A stretch of DNA of 61,922 nt, filler included, from Globobulimina sp. (taxonomy: Eukaryota): assembly GCA_003354225.1 (NCBI GenBank). It is 26 parts of 26 records of this genome, joined end to end, with 100 filler letters (N's around TTAATTAATTAA, not from the genome) between each part and the next. Parts side by side here need not be neighbours in the genome. Positions count along the whole stretch, not along the records: positions 11,936 to 14,221 come from PIVH01007647.1; positions 14,322 to 16,607 come from PIVH01007648.1; positions 16,708 to 18,993 come from PIVH01007649.1; positions 19,094 to 21,379 come from PIVH01007650.1; positions 21,480 to 23,765 come from PIVH01007651.1; positions 23,866 to 26,151 come from PIVH01007652.1; 20 more parts are not named here. One strand, given 5' to 3'. The notes below the pieces were generated by a model. The model had not been told where the DNA came from, ran no database searches, and saw only the letters and a list, made by a program, of their open reading frames with translations. The position numbers and the translations under genes were made by a program. Below, one piece after another: positions 13,912 through 25,453 of the stretch (positions are counted from its first letter, which is position 1; each line of letters begins with the position of its first letter).

Positions 13912-14221
13912 ATGGCAGTTATTTTTTTAGAAACAACAGTCGAAAAAGCAGCATGTATTCTTGGCTTAGTACCCGCAATTCTTCTTTTTTATTTTTATTT
14001 TTTTGTTGCAAAAAGTGATCAAGAAAGAAAGCATAAATCGTATCATGTTTCTGGTGAATGGGCAATAAGATTTTTATGGTTTGCATTAGCAGTTACTCCA
14101 TTTTATGATTTTACAAAAATCAAAGAAAGTCTTCCGTTGGCAAATGTGTTTGGTGTATTATCGGAATGTTATGCGATGATTCATGCATTGGTGTTTGTGC
14201 GGTTTACATTAAGTCGAGAGG
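13912..14221 (+). CDS. Ferric-reductase-like / MsrQ(YedZ)-like heme membrane protein, 3' partial
   Basis: SGEWAIRFLWFALAVTPF...FGVLSECYAMIHAL matches the MsrQ-type G.WAL.FL..TL.VTP...LG....YA..H pattern. Confidence 0.6.
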
Positions 14222-14321
14222 NNNNNNNNNNNNNNNNNNNNNNNNNNNNNNNNNNNNNNNNNNNNTTAATTAATTAANNNNNNNNNNNNNNNNNNNNNNN
14301 NNNNNNNNNNNNNNNNNNNNN

Positions 14322-15579
14322 ATTCACTAGGGTCAGAAATGTAGGTTGGGGGTTTTAGTACACCACCTATCGTGTACTTTGTAGGCATGGAAACAGGCTT
14401 GGTGTTATGATAAAGAGAGGGTTTGGGCATATTACCATGTATAAGAGCCATGCCCTGACAAAAACGTTGATCTTTTAGGAGATTTTCGCAAGCAACGGCC
14501 ACTTGTTTCAGGTCGTGAAGGGTGGTTGGGTGGTTTGTACTGAAAAGCCGATTTCGGTACAAGGCATAGATTTCTAATTTCAAGCCCCTTTCAAAACGAT
14601 CGACAACAAATGGATCTAAGCCGAGTAGATATTTAGGTGAGATACTAGAAACGGCTGCTATAAGTTCTTCAAAATATTCTTGGACAGTATGGTCGTTTTG
14701 TGTTATTTTGTCCAAATCGCGGAATTTTTCGACAGGGTCTCTATCGTCACCATAACGAAGGAGAAACGCAGCTGTTAAGGCTTCATAGTTAGTAACTGTG
14801 GTGCGGGGAAGGGTAGAGAGAAAAGTGTAGCAGTGGTCGGCTACTAACAAGATGAATTTGGCAATTTTCTCTCTGTTGTCGGTACACTGGACACAGTCAA
14901 AGTAGATTTTTAGTTTAAAAATCCATTGTTCATATTTGTCATAGTCAGGGTTGAAAATGGGCACTTTTTGGGATTGAAAAATGGTGGGGACTTTTTCGGA
15001 GCATGCACTAAGTCGACCACACAAAGTGTCAACACTATGCACTAAGTGGTCTACAGAATAGGCACTGGAATATGGACAAAAACGTCTAGAACGTCTGGCA
15101 CGGGGGGAATCAACATAAAAATGTGTAGATGATGAAGGAGGGGGGCCAAACGACTCTGGACCAGCACCTCTTCCAAAAGGGGCTGATGTAGGATTACTGT
15201 AGGTGTGAGCAGATGAACAAGTGGGGACAGCCGGTTGAGGGGGATGTCCAGAAAAATAATTTTTAGAACCTCCAGTGGCTGAAAATGGGCCGCCACGAGC
15301 ACTTAAATCACAAACAGGGGTGTCACCTGAATCAGGGACAGAAGAAACAATGGGAGTCGGTGGTACGAAAACAGGGGATACTGTAGAAACGAAGGGTGCT
15401 GCCAAGGTGCAACATGCACCAGCAGTCTGTGTAACATGAGCCAACAGGTCAACATAACTAGTCGGCGTTTTGGGAATGCTTGTAGGTATATGACAAATAT
15501 GTGAATCTGAATGGACAGTTTCACTAGCCCTATAATCGGCAGGGTGCACTAGAAAAGACAATGCACTATGTTCTGACAT
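14322..15579 (-). CDS. gag: Retrotransposon Gag (capsid) protein, 3' partial
   Basis: YEQWIFKLKIYF...NYEALTAAFLLRY...QNDHTVQEYFEEL...VDRFERGLKLEI...PTTLHDLKQVA, a retrotransposon gag capsid pattern. Confidence 0.8.
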
Positions 15580-16607
15580 GATTTCTACTCTTGTCAGTAT
15601 GAAGGGGAGGGAAATCACTCAACAGTGACACAGGAAATAATAATAAAAATGTACAGTTATCCTGAACCGTACAATGCACGAAATGGCCACAAAAACAATA
15701 ATAATAATAAATCCAGGTAATCCACAAATGTAATTGATACAAATCACTTGTGAACGACGATAATAAAAAGGGTCAAATAAAAACAAGCCACTGTTCGGTC
15801 AGTCGGCCGTACCTAACACAAATAAAAAGAGATAAACAAACGTCCAAACGTTCGTTCATTGACTGAGAATAGGGAAGGGAAAAATCGCGAAAAGTGATAA
15901 TGAAGCTAAATCACTCGCGACTGACGATGAAGGGGACATCCAAGCAACGATCAGTCATTGCTGGTGACACGATACAATCAATAAAAATAACAAATAAAAT
16001 AATAGAATGACGATTGAAAGGGAAAACCAGGATCACTTCCCCGGTTTTTAATGACGAAAGGGACCTCACTTTCGAAACAAAAGTGAATAAGGGGAGAAAG
16101 TTGGTTGGTTCTGTAATGGAGCAATCAGGATTGAAAGGGATCTGGAGTTCAGGAGGTAGAACCTCCATTTGTGATGAAACGACGAGAGGGCATGTTTTAG
16201 GTCGACGATAAACAATCAAAACAAGTAGAAATTGTTGAATGTTGGATGAAATACGATAAAAGAAATGACTGTTGTTGATCAAGAAGGATATTTGAACGAT
16301 AAAATGTTGATTTATAATAAGAAATGTTTGTTGAGATGTAACGAAATTATACAACCGATTATTATTACGTCAAAACACAAGAACTAAAATAGCAAACAAA
16401 GGAAAAACTACATGACGCCTAGAGAAGAAATTTAGGGCGCTTGCCGTTTATAACAATGCGGAATGTTTAGGGCGCGCGCGGTAAATACGAAAGAGACAAA
16501 ATATAATAAATCAATAAAATGTCAATAAAAAATGATCAAAAGTTAATAGCTTTGTGCGTTCTCCACAATTTCCCCGGTTTGAGCTCGGATCCGTCCCGGA
16601 GCCGTTC
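14322..16607 (-). mobile_element. 5' portion of an LTR retrotransposon (Ty3/gypsy-like): leader plus gag
   Basis: Intronless, more GC-rich gag-like ORF preceded by about 1 kb of T/C-rich leader. Composition differs from the host genes. Confidence 0.65.
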
Positions 16608-16707
16608 NNNNNNNNNNNNNNNNNNNNNNNNNNNNNNNNNNNNNNNNNNNNTTAATTAATTAANNNNNNNNNNNNNNNNNNNNNNNNNNNNNNNNNNNNN
16701 NNNNNNN

Positions 16708-16935
16708 CGCATGCACTTCTACGTAATGTGCGTAATCTTTATCTCTTTGTTTTTCTAATTGTTCTGAGCTTAGACACGAAGGTTTAGAGATTTTATAATA
16801 TTCTATTAAATCCTTTATACCAGTACAATCTGCAGAACATGTTGTACTAATATCAGTACCAGTTTTTATGTTTTGTAAAACTATTGTGTTTGCTTGTTTA
16901 TTGTTATTGTCACAACCACAACAGACGCCGCCCAT
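16708..16935 (-). CDS. Hypothetical protein N-terminus with a dual acylation motif
   Basis: Starts MGGVCCGC. Cut by the contig end. Confidence 0.45.
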
Positions 16936-17000
16936 TGTTTAGTTACATATTTGGGGTTTTTTAGTAAAGAACAGAAACTATAATACTATACATAAACAAA

Positions 17001-18993
17001 TTATAATTTTGATGTCAAATTATTTGTCATTTTATCAGTGTATTTCTTCAATGTCCTATTTCTTTGTGCATTAACCTCACTTTTCTGTCTCCTCACAGCG
17101 TTAATTAAACTTTCTTCAAACGGCGGATAACAAATCCCATATTCTGTAATAAACGCAGTAATAAATCTATTCGGTGTCACATCAAACGCCGGATTATAAC
17201 AATCAGCACTTGGATTCGCAACATCAATGCCACCAATTCGTGTAATCTCATTCCCATTCCGTAGCTCAATAACAATATCATTGCCACGCTTACAATCCAC
17301 ATCAATGGTACTCACAGGACAAGATACATAAAATGGGATATTATACTGAAATGCAACTGTGGCAATAGTTTGTGTCCCAATTTTATTCGCAGCATCTCCA
17401 TTCATTGCAGCTCTGTCACACCCAACAATGATACAATTTATTTTATTATTACTTATCAAATGAGCACAAGCACCATCCACCACCACTTTATGTGCAATAT
17501 CCATTCTTGACAACTCCCACGACGTTAACCGTGATCCTTGCAATCGAGGCCGAGTCTCGTTTACATACACTTTAATATCCTTATTCTCATAAAATGCTTT
17601 GGTTACGGCAGCTAATGCTGTTCCGCCACAAACCGTGGCTAATGATCCTGTGTTACAATGATGCATCACTCCATATCCTTTCTTTATTAATGTTGCTCCA
17701 TTCACACCCAATCGAGTACAAACAGCCATATCTTCATTGCAAATATTATGCGCTTCAGCTATATAATAATATTTCTGCCATATCTTTTAACCAATTTCCA
17801 TGTTTATTGCTTATATTTATACATTGCTGCAGAATATTTTGCATTCGATTTGTTGCCCAAACTAAATTAACAGCAGTCGGACGACTCGCATCCAACGTCG
17901 CTTTTGCGTTTCTCATAAAGTTGACAAACTGTGTTGGAGTGACGGCAGCGTTGTTTATATTTTCATTATAAAATTGTAGCGCAGCCAACGCCATTCCATA
18001 ACCAGCAGCAGCCCCAATGGCTGGCGCTCCGCGAATGGTCATAATTTTTATGTTTTCAGAAATTTGCTGATAGTTTACACATTTTACTGTGCCAAATTTC
18101 TGTGGTATTATTCTTTGATTTAACATCAAGACACAATTGCTATCATTTTGCCATATTAATGAGCGAATCATTGGGACTTTATTATTTTTTGTATTATTAA
18201 TAAATGGATGGTGAGGGACCATAAATAATTTATAATGTGGATGTTGTTTATAATCGATTGTATCGTGCACCTCTTCAGATATCTGCACTGGGAATTTAGT
18301 GAGAAATTGGGTTTTGTATAACATATTTTCTCCGATATTTAGTTTCTTCATTTCAATTATTGTTTGGAACAAATAATCATAACACTCAGCGTGTTGCTTT
18401 GCTTTTTGCCAATTTTTACCAAATACATAGATTCCGTGTCCTCGCACAATCACTCCATATGATTTTGGATATTGCTTTAAAGCTTTTTGCAATCTTTCGG
18501 TTAATTGAGGTTCCTTTGGGGTATTGTTTATAATTGGAACTATACATTTTTCTATATTTGAATGTCCAGTTATTCCTTTTATCATTTCTAAACCAGATAT
18601 TTCAACAAAATTGTCAAACATCAATGAAACCAATGCAACATTTTTTGAATGCGAATGAATAACACAGCCGGTTTCTGCATTATTATCAAAACATGATTTG
18701 AATAATGTAAAACATGCCGTCAATTTTAATTTATTTGATAATAGTCCCACATTGTCTGATTTTTTTACAAATCCTGGTTCAATTATATTGTAATTTGTGT
18801 CTAAAATAAATAAATTATGTGGTTTTAGTCGTTCTTTTTGTATGGCTGAGGGACTCATTATAATGTTTCCAGAGGCTTTATTTTTTATTGCCATTCCTCC
18901 GCCAGTGCCAGTTGTCCATCCTGTTATAGATTATTCATGCAAATATATAGTGTTCAATATTAATGGATAGATAATGAACAAACCTAAATGATA
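17001..18993 (-). CDS. mtnB-mtnA: Fused methylthioribulose-1-P dehydratase (MtnB/APIP) and methylthioribose-1-P isomerase (MtnA/MRI1); 5' partial, one intron, one frameshift near 17760
   Basis: MtnB: YHLG-intron(18983-18921)-WTTGTGGG, VIHSHS, EMIKGI, VRGHGIYVFG, HAECYDYLF. MtnA: IRGAPAIG, SRPTAVNL, HCNTGSLAT, ETRPRLQG, DAANKIGT, NPAFDVTP. The MtnB and N-terminal MtnA motifs share one ORF. Confidence 0.9.
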
Positions 18994-19134
18994 NNNNNNN
19001 NNNNNNNNNNNNNNNNNNNNNNNNNNNNNNNNNNNNNTTAATTAATTAANNNNNNNNNNNNNNNNNNNNNNNNNNNNNNNNNNNNNNNNNNNNAACGCTT
19101 ACCTCAAATATATACAAACAGTCAGTACTATGCA

Positions 19135-19807
19135 TTATTCTTTTTGTATTTCACAATTTCCAATAGAACGTTGTTTGACTCTGTTTCTGTTTGAATACCA
19201 CGACAAAGCTGAATTCTGCAGAAACGACATTGTCGCAATGAAGAAAATCCGTGTTTCAGGTGTGCAATATTTAAAATTAAACCACATCATTGGTAGCCAA
19301 TAAGCAAAGAATGCAGTGTAGCAAGTATACCATTCATTATTCAGTTGGAAGGTAATCTGTTTTGGGGTTTGGCCCTTAACTGTTCCAGTTATAAAATAAA
19401 AAAATGGGATAAATATAATTGGATGAATTGTGCAATCAATAAATGCTTTAAGAATCGGCTTACTTGGACCTAATAATAATTCATATACAAAATATATTTT
19501 ACGTGCAATCAATCCGTAATAAAATGTACCAAACGTACATAGCGCCAAAGTTCGCCTCCAATCAAATTTATAATTGTCTCTAAATTTAGATGTAATTAGT
19601 TGTGCTGTGCAATCAGATATTGTTAAAATTGATCCTCCTGTAACCATTGCTGTTGTTTAATAATTCTATTTTAAAAAGCTCTTTTTATTAATATAAAACT
19701 ATCATACCAGTAAAATAAGGTTTATTACTTGATATTTTAAGATAATTTGAATGAAGCAATCTTAATGGTTTACCAAGTGATTTTAGTTTGTTTGCTATTG
19801 AAGACAT
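19135..19807 (-). CDS. Mpv17/PMP22 family membrane protein, 2 exons
   Basis: SDCTAQ...FDWRRT...KAFIDC...YWLPMMWFNF...PETRIFF. First exon starts at ATG 19807 and is joined by a GT-AG intron. Confidence 0.85.
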
Positions 19808-19867
19808 GATTAGTGTTAGTATAGGATAGTATTAGTATACAAATCTTTGATAATGAAAAACATTATT

Positions 19868-21379
19868 TCAATCAAAACAAAGACGGACGATTTTGTAAAA
19901 AACTAGTACTTGAACATGTTGTTGAACATTTTCTTTCTTTTCAACTTTCTCTTTCTGATCATCGTCATATTCAACTTTAATATTTTCTTTTGCATGGCCT
20001 TGTGCATTTCCTTTGTATCCAATTCCTTGGCATTCAATTAAAACCGTGCCATCATTAATTTGTGAACATTTAAATTTGGCGCCAGTCATTAATTTTGCAA
20101 TATATATGGCAGTCTTTGTATGCAACTCCAAGGCGCACGAATACATTCTCGATTTGCCTCTGGCCAAAGCCATAAATATAATCAACTGATCCTGCAATCT
20201 ACGATCTGTACAGCCTTGTTTTGTACTTTGTAAATCAGATATCAATTCTCTCGCCGCTGCACGACCAACCTTTTCATATTCATATTGATTGAAATTATTA
20301 TTCTTTGTCTGTTTGCCTAAGCTCGACCCACCAAATAAACAGCCACTGTCCGTCTCGCACACAATGACAATTCCCGTGCCAGCTGAATATGACTCCACTT
20401 TATTTTTCGCTAAAATCTCAATATTTATTGCAGTATCCACACCAAATGTCATTTGCAACTCTCGCACTGCGCCGGCAACAATATATTTGCCAATATGTAA
20501 CGGCATGTTCCTTCCAGCAATGACAACACAGCCATGGAAATTGACAATTTTCCCTCTTTTTGTTAAATCAAAGGCAGGGATGCATCCAATAATTGGTTTA
20601 GTTTTTAATACAACTTTGCCACCACCTTTTGGAAAAAAACCGCGTTGTAGACATCGTACATCAATTTCAATATTCATTAATTTTTTTAACATTGGCTGTA
20701 AAACTAATATAAACCAATCAATTTGCGGCGCAAATAATGCGTTGGTGCCGCCGATTATGGTCAAAGTGCATGGCGAGCTATTGGGTGAATATAGCAATAA
20801 AGGCAAGGCAGTCTGCATCAATAAACAGCAGGCTCCGGCGGTCTCGATATCAATATAGAAATCACGCGACGCATTTTCATTCGTTTTATTTTTATTCTGA
20901 TTTGGAGAATATTGAACTTGCATTGATTTAATATAATTGCCTTGGACATATCCACCATTTATTTGTTTTACGAGTTCGATGCCTTTTGAGTGTTGTTTAG
21001 CGAGTCCAGGCTTGCTTCTTTTGCCACGAATGTTTATTATAGAAATAGGTTTTGATAACAATGCTGATAAACTAATACTATTTCGAAGGATTTGTCCGCC
21101 ACCTTCCATTATACTGCCATCTATTTCAATATATTCAGCTTTTTGTTTTTGTTTCACTGATTCGTCATATTGATGTTGTTGTTGTTGTTGTTGACCATAT
21201 TGCGGATATTGTTGTTCTTGATATGGACTGTAATTATTATTGTATGTGTGTTGTTGTTGTTGTTGTTGTCCATAATATTGATTATTGTTATTGTTATTGT
21301 TATTGTGACGTTTATTACGTTTATTTCTTCTTTTTCGATTATTATTTTGTTTATATGCTTGATTTTGCCTATCATCATT
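19868..21379 (-). CDS. RTCA: RNA 3'-terminal phosphate cyclase with a low-complexity N-terminal extension, 5' partial
   Basis: IDGSIMEGGGQILR, PGLAKQH, RGFFPKGGG, LQDQLIIFMALA, and catalytic His in LHTKT (the His separates RtcA from Rcl1). Confidence 0.9.
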   Translation of the reverse strand, partial: NDDRQNQAYKQNNNRKRRNKRNKRHNNNNNNNNQYYGQQQQQQHTYNNNYSPYQEQQYPQYGQQQQQQHQYDESVKQKQKAEYIEIDGSIMEGGGQILRNSISLSALLSKPISIINIRGKRSKPGLAKQHSKGIELVKQINGGYVQGNYIKSMQVQYSPNQNKNKTNENASRDFYIDIETAGACCLLMQTALPLLLYSPNSSPCTLTIIGGTNALFAPQIDWFILVLQPMLKKLMNIEIDVRCLQRGFFPKGGGKVVLKTKPIIGCIPAFDLTKRGKIVNFHGCVVIAGRNMPLHIGKYIVAGAVRELQMTFGVDTAINIEILAKNKVESYSAGTGIVIVCETDSGCLFGGSSLGKQTKNNNFNQYEYEKVGRAAARELISDLQSTKQGCTDRRLQDQLIIFMALARGKSRMYSCALELHTKTAIYIAKLMTGAKFKCSQINDGTVLIECQGIGYKGNAQGHAKENIKVEYDDDQKEKVEKKENVQQHVQVLVFYKIVRLCFD

Positions 21380-21479
21380 NNNNNNNNNNNNNNNNNNNNN
21401 NNNNNNNNNNNNNNNNNNNNNNNTTAATTAATTAANNNNNNNNNNNNNNNNNNNNNNNNNNNNNNNNNNNNNNNNNNNN

Positions 21480-23435
21480 ATTTATCTGATTAATAACCAA
21501 ACGCTACAAACAAACATTCTAAATCTGACTTTTTGGAACACGTTTTTTAATGTTTATTTTATGAATGCAAACACGTGCATTCAAAGTGATGCGGAGTTCC
21601 GTGAATTCATTGCTATGATGCGTGTGGCACCGGACATAGCCACGTTTAACATTATATTATCCGGACTCAATACCAATATATTTATTATAAAATGCGGAAA
21701 AACAGAATCAATCACAAGTCATCTTATTAATACACTCATGCCATCGTATCGTATTAAACCTAATTTAGAAACATTCCAAACGTTACAAGATACTGTCGGT
21801 GAAATAAGCGTTTCTGATCCAAGCCAACATTTATTAGCTTTGATCGATTATTATTACCAAAGCAATGAAACAAAACCGTCACTTTTTGTGGATTTGATGA
21901 AAGATTATGTGGCCATTAACGGAAATGATGCACAGTTTTTTAATCTTTACAGAGCATCGTTTCAACACTATGGGACACTCAGTGCCTTGCCCCACTTTGT
22001 GGGAAAGTTTCATTCAACGTTTGTGACCTCAAATGATGTTAATATTATAGCTGAAGGACAGAAATATTTTATGATGGCAATGTTGATTAAAACTTTGCAA
22101 AATGAATCAATGAATGAATATAATGAATGGAATGGAATTATGAGAGAACGTGTCATGATATTTGATGATTGGACATTGCAGAAAAATCAGATTGCATTGG
22201 AAATAGTAATGGGCGTTTGTCAAAATAAGACATTTTATGCGAATCAAATCGTGAACAATATAGCAATGAAATTAACCCATAATACGTCGACACCATTTAA
22301 CTTTGTTGTGGATTTCCGACGATTCAACATAGCAACAGATACTTTGCAGATTGTTTGGTATCTTAAAGTTAATATATTTCAATCACTGTCTATTACAATA
22401 TCAATATTTTGTGATGAAAAGTTAAAAGATTGGATAGTATATGATCTGTTGAAAGATGTTGTCGTTGGAATAAGTTTCAATCAGTTTTATGATTGCTGGG
22501 AATTAATATATAGCATTGTTGATTATATGAAGGTGGAAGGTTCAATTTATATTATGACAGTGATGAGATATATCAATTTATTTGAATCCAAAACAATGTC
22601 AACAAATTATTTAACGGCGCTGGCAAAGGATCCAAATGTTGATTGGAATTATTTATTTTCATCAATTGAATATTTCAACAGTTTGTATCCAAAACATATT
22701 GAAATGTTCAGAATTTTTGACCATGCATTCAAATATCATAACAAATCATTTTTAATTCCAACATTTTTTGCATCATTTCACTGTTTCTTTTCCAACACAA
22801 ATGATACAGAATTATTTGTTATGGGACAAAGATTTGCGCTCAAGGCAATGCTTATTGATGTGTTACAATTTGATAACAATATCGATTTATATGTAAATTG
22901 GATCAATGTGGCGGGGGAAAGAATTTTAAACGATGGATTTATGAGAAATGAAGAGATCATTAAAACTCAATATGGATTGGTTAGGTTTGTTAACATATAT
23001 GTATCGGAACGAAACATCCATCAGATTTATCGAGCAAAATTGAACCACGCAAACTTTGTCAAGCAAACTGAATCTCGATCTGGCAGAGAATATGATTTCC
23101 GATGTTTTGATGGAATCCATGATAAGTTTCAAATCATTTTAAAGATAAATGAGTGTATATCAAAATTGTATAATTTAAAAGGTCAACGAGTGGTAAATAA
23201 AATTATTGTTGCTACGTTTGTCTGTAATAGAAATGTGAAGGAGTATTTGTTGGGGATTTTAAGTGACAAAGCATATGATGTGAATCATGTGATTCATAAT
23301 CAAATGGATGATTATTGGAAACTTAGCTGCAATGTTGTTGATTTATATTATAAAATAGGTAGAATGTTTGGACGTGGCGTTGGATTCAATCTTCGTATTC
23401 CATTGAACCACATTGAAAAGCTAGTATTTTCCTGA
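21480..23435 (+). CDS. PPR-like protein carrying an internally duplicated module of about 250 aa
   Basis: PPR-like PDIATFNIILSG and IKPNLETFQTL. Two aligned copies of F..FH..F..ND......GQ.....AMLI..LQ...W.....ER. Confidence 0.55.
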   Translation: MYLINNQTLQTNILNLTFWNTFFNVYFMNANTCIQSDAEFREFIAMMRVAPDIATFNIILSGLNTNIFIIKCGKTESITSHLINTLMPSYRIKPNLETFQTLQDTVGEISVSDPSQHLLALIDYYYQSNETKPSLFVDLMKDYVAINGNDAQFFNLYRASFQHYGTLSALPHFVGKFHSTFVTSNDVNIIAEGQKYFMMAMLIKTLQNESMNEYNEWNGIMRERVMIFDDWTLQKNQIALEIVMGVCQNKTFYANQIVNNIAMKLTHNTSTPFNFVVDFRRFNIATDTLQIVWYLKVNIFQSLSITISIFCDEKLKDWIVYDLLKDVVVGISFNQFYDCWELIYSIVDYMKVEGSIYIMTVMRYINLFESKTMSTNYLTALAKDPNVDWNYLFSSIEYFNSLYPKHIEMFRIFDHAFKYHNKSFLIPTFFASFHCFFSNTNDTELFVMGQRFALKAMLIDVLQFDNNIDLYVNWINVAGERILNDGFMRNEEIIKTQYGLVRFVNIYVSERNIHQIYRAKLNHANFVKQTESRSGREYDFRCFDGIHDKFQIILKINECISKLYNLKGQRVVNKIIVATFVCNRNVKEYLLGILSDKAYDVNHVIHNQMDDYWKLSCNVVDLYYKIGRMFGRGVGFNLRIPLNHIEKLVFS

Positions 23436-23535
23436 TTTATTTTGAAAAATATTTTGACATTCTTACACATTTTTAAACACCTTTGAAACCCTCGCATCGT
23501 TTTCAGTTTGAAAAAAAACTTTAAAACTAAAACAA

Positions 23536-23765
23536 ATGGCAGCTCAGTTGCAGACTAACGAAGGTCTTGGAGAAACTGAAGAACTTAAAGCGTGGCTAAA
23601 AGGAAATAAGTTGACAAAAGCAATGGATATATTGGTAGATACTGGTGTAACATTGGAAGAATTGAGGGATTTATCACAGCAATCATCAATTAAGGAGCTA
23701 AAGTTTATTATTTGTACTTTTTATATGTTTACTTAATTAATTGATTTATGCATTTAATACAGAAA
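23536..23765 (+). CDS. N-terminus of a SAM-like domain protein, partial
   Basis: LKAWLKGNKL...ILVDTGVTLEELRDLS, followed by a GT intron. Confidence 0.45.
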
Positions 23766-24375
23766 NNNNNNNNNNNNNNNNNNNNNNNNNNNNNNNNNNN
23801 NNNNNNNNNTTAATTAATTAANNNNNNNNNNNNNNNNNNNNNNNNNNNNNNNNNNNNNNNNNNNNAAGGAATGAATGATAAAGAAAATGGATTGAATAAT
23901 CAAATAATTACTAGCGGAGAAATTGTTGATGACCAAAATAAGAAAAAAGATGAAATATACACATTCCGAAACGGAGATACATTTTCAATGTAATGATGTA
24001 AGCATTTATGTGTTTTGTTATGTTGTATTGTTTTAGAATATGTGTTTTGTTATGTTTTCGGATTTGTTTTGCATGTTTATCGCTATTTTATTATGTTTTT
24101 TGTCGTGTTTTGTTTTGAGCAGTATATTGCAACGATAATTAAATGCAGCAAATAGGTGCAAATCCAATGCAATCAAAGAGCATCCATTTCTGGTAACTGA
24201 CAAAGCTAAAAATTATGTAGGTTTGCCTTCGTTTCTCAGAAACAATAAAATAACAATCGTAACTGATTGATTTCTTAGTGTTTTGAAGAAGAAGAAGAAA
24301 TAGCCAATCAGCACACAAAACCCATCGTTAATTAAGCTAGTTAGATTAAAACATCCACATTTAAAAACTTTTAGC

Positions 24376-24987
24376 ATGGAAACCATTTGGCCGTTGTTAG
24401 TACGTAAATATGACCCAGAAACATCACTTGCTCGGTTAAAAGACCATTTCTCAATAATATCAAATGTAGCTGGATTAATAAGTGGTTTTGTATTTGTCGT
24501 AACAAATTCTTCTGTTACTTGGAAATACGAGGGACAGTTAGGTGACGAAAAAAGAACAGAATTATTTGGATTTTGTACAGTTCTTTCGTTAGTTTTATCA
24601 TTGACAGCTACTTTGTTATCTGTTATATTTTTTGGTTGGATGAATGTAATTGGGCCACATTATAACATGATTAATGAAATGGTAGCGCGACATGATAAAT
24701 TTATTAATGCCCCATTAGGTTTAATGATGGGTTCTGTTACTTTAATGTTCGTAGGTGCAAGTTTTGCAATTGGTGGTTTATATGGAGATTTAGTGTATTA
24801 TGCATATGTAATTACTGCATTATTGTGTGTTATTTTAATTCTTATATATTTTGCGTTGGGTAATATTGATTATAAAAAAAGATATATTGCTAAATTAAAA
24901 AAAATGGATGATTATGATGTACGAATTGATGAAGAAAGAGAAAGTTTACAAAATGCGGGTCAAAATGATCAAACCAATACTCTTTAA
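24376..24987 (+). CDS. Four-TM hypothetical membrane protein
   Basis: 203-aa ORF with four hydrophobic segments. Confidence 0.6.
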   Translation: METIWPLLVRKYDPETSLARLKDHFSIISNVAGLISGFVFVVTNSSVTWKYEGQLGDEKRTELFGFCTVLSLVLSLTATLLSVIFFGWMNVIGPHYNMINEMVARHDKFINAPLGLMMGSVTLMFVGASFAIGGLYGDLVYYAYVITALLCVILILIYFALGNIDYKKRYIAKLKKMDDYDVRIDEERESLQNAGQNDQTNTL

Positions 24988-24997
24988 ACACTTTTTA

Positions 24998-25391
24998 AAT
25001 TTTACCAAAACACTGTTGTTTGTTAATATTTATTTTTTCGATTAAACTTGTGTATATTTTCAGATCGCAAATTCGCAACCTATTCAAATTTCAGACGACA
25101 AACAACACTCATCTCGAGATTATTGAAAATAGTATTTATTTTATCTGCATTTAATTTTTGATTTGGCCAAATTACAAACCATATTAGTAATAATATGGCA
25201 ACAGTGACATTAATCTGAATTACTCACAATCTGTTTAGCAAAAGTCAAATTTGATATGACAAACAACACTGTTTTTCTCGAAATGAGTGTTGTTTGTCGT
25301 CTGAAATTTGAATAGGTTGCGATCTGAAAATATACACAAGTTTAATATCGGAAAAATAAATATTGACAAACAACAGTGTTTTGGTAAAATT
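24998..25391. repeat. Long inverted repeat (arms of about 120 bp at 24998-25119 and 25276-25391); foldback/MITE-like
   Basis: The arms are reverse complements with a few substitutions and small indels. Located between two convergent genes. Confidence 0.85.
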
Positions 25392-25453
25392 AATATTTTT
25401 TACAAAATTATTAGGCAAACATTTTATCACATAATTATAATATTGTATTTTGA

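Noticed and set aside
20289-20858. Long antisense ORFs (also 41607..42254, 5903..6343, 49323..49790 and others)
   Set aside because: Shadows of well-supported genes on the opposite strand, with no motifs of their own.
21170-21379. Hydrophobic poly-L/V/I ORFs
   Set aside because: Alternative frames of AAC/AAT trinucleotide repeats encoding the Q/N-rich extension of RtcA.
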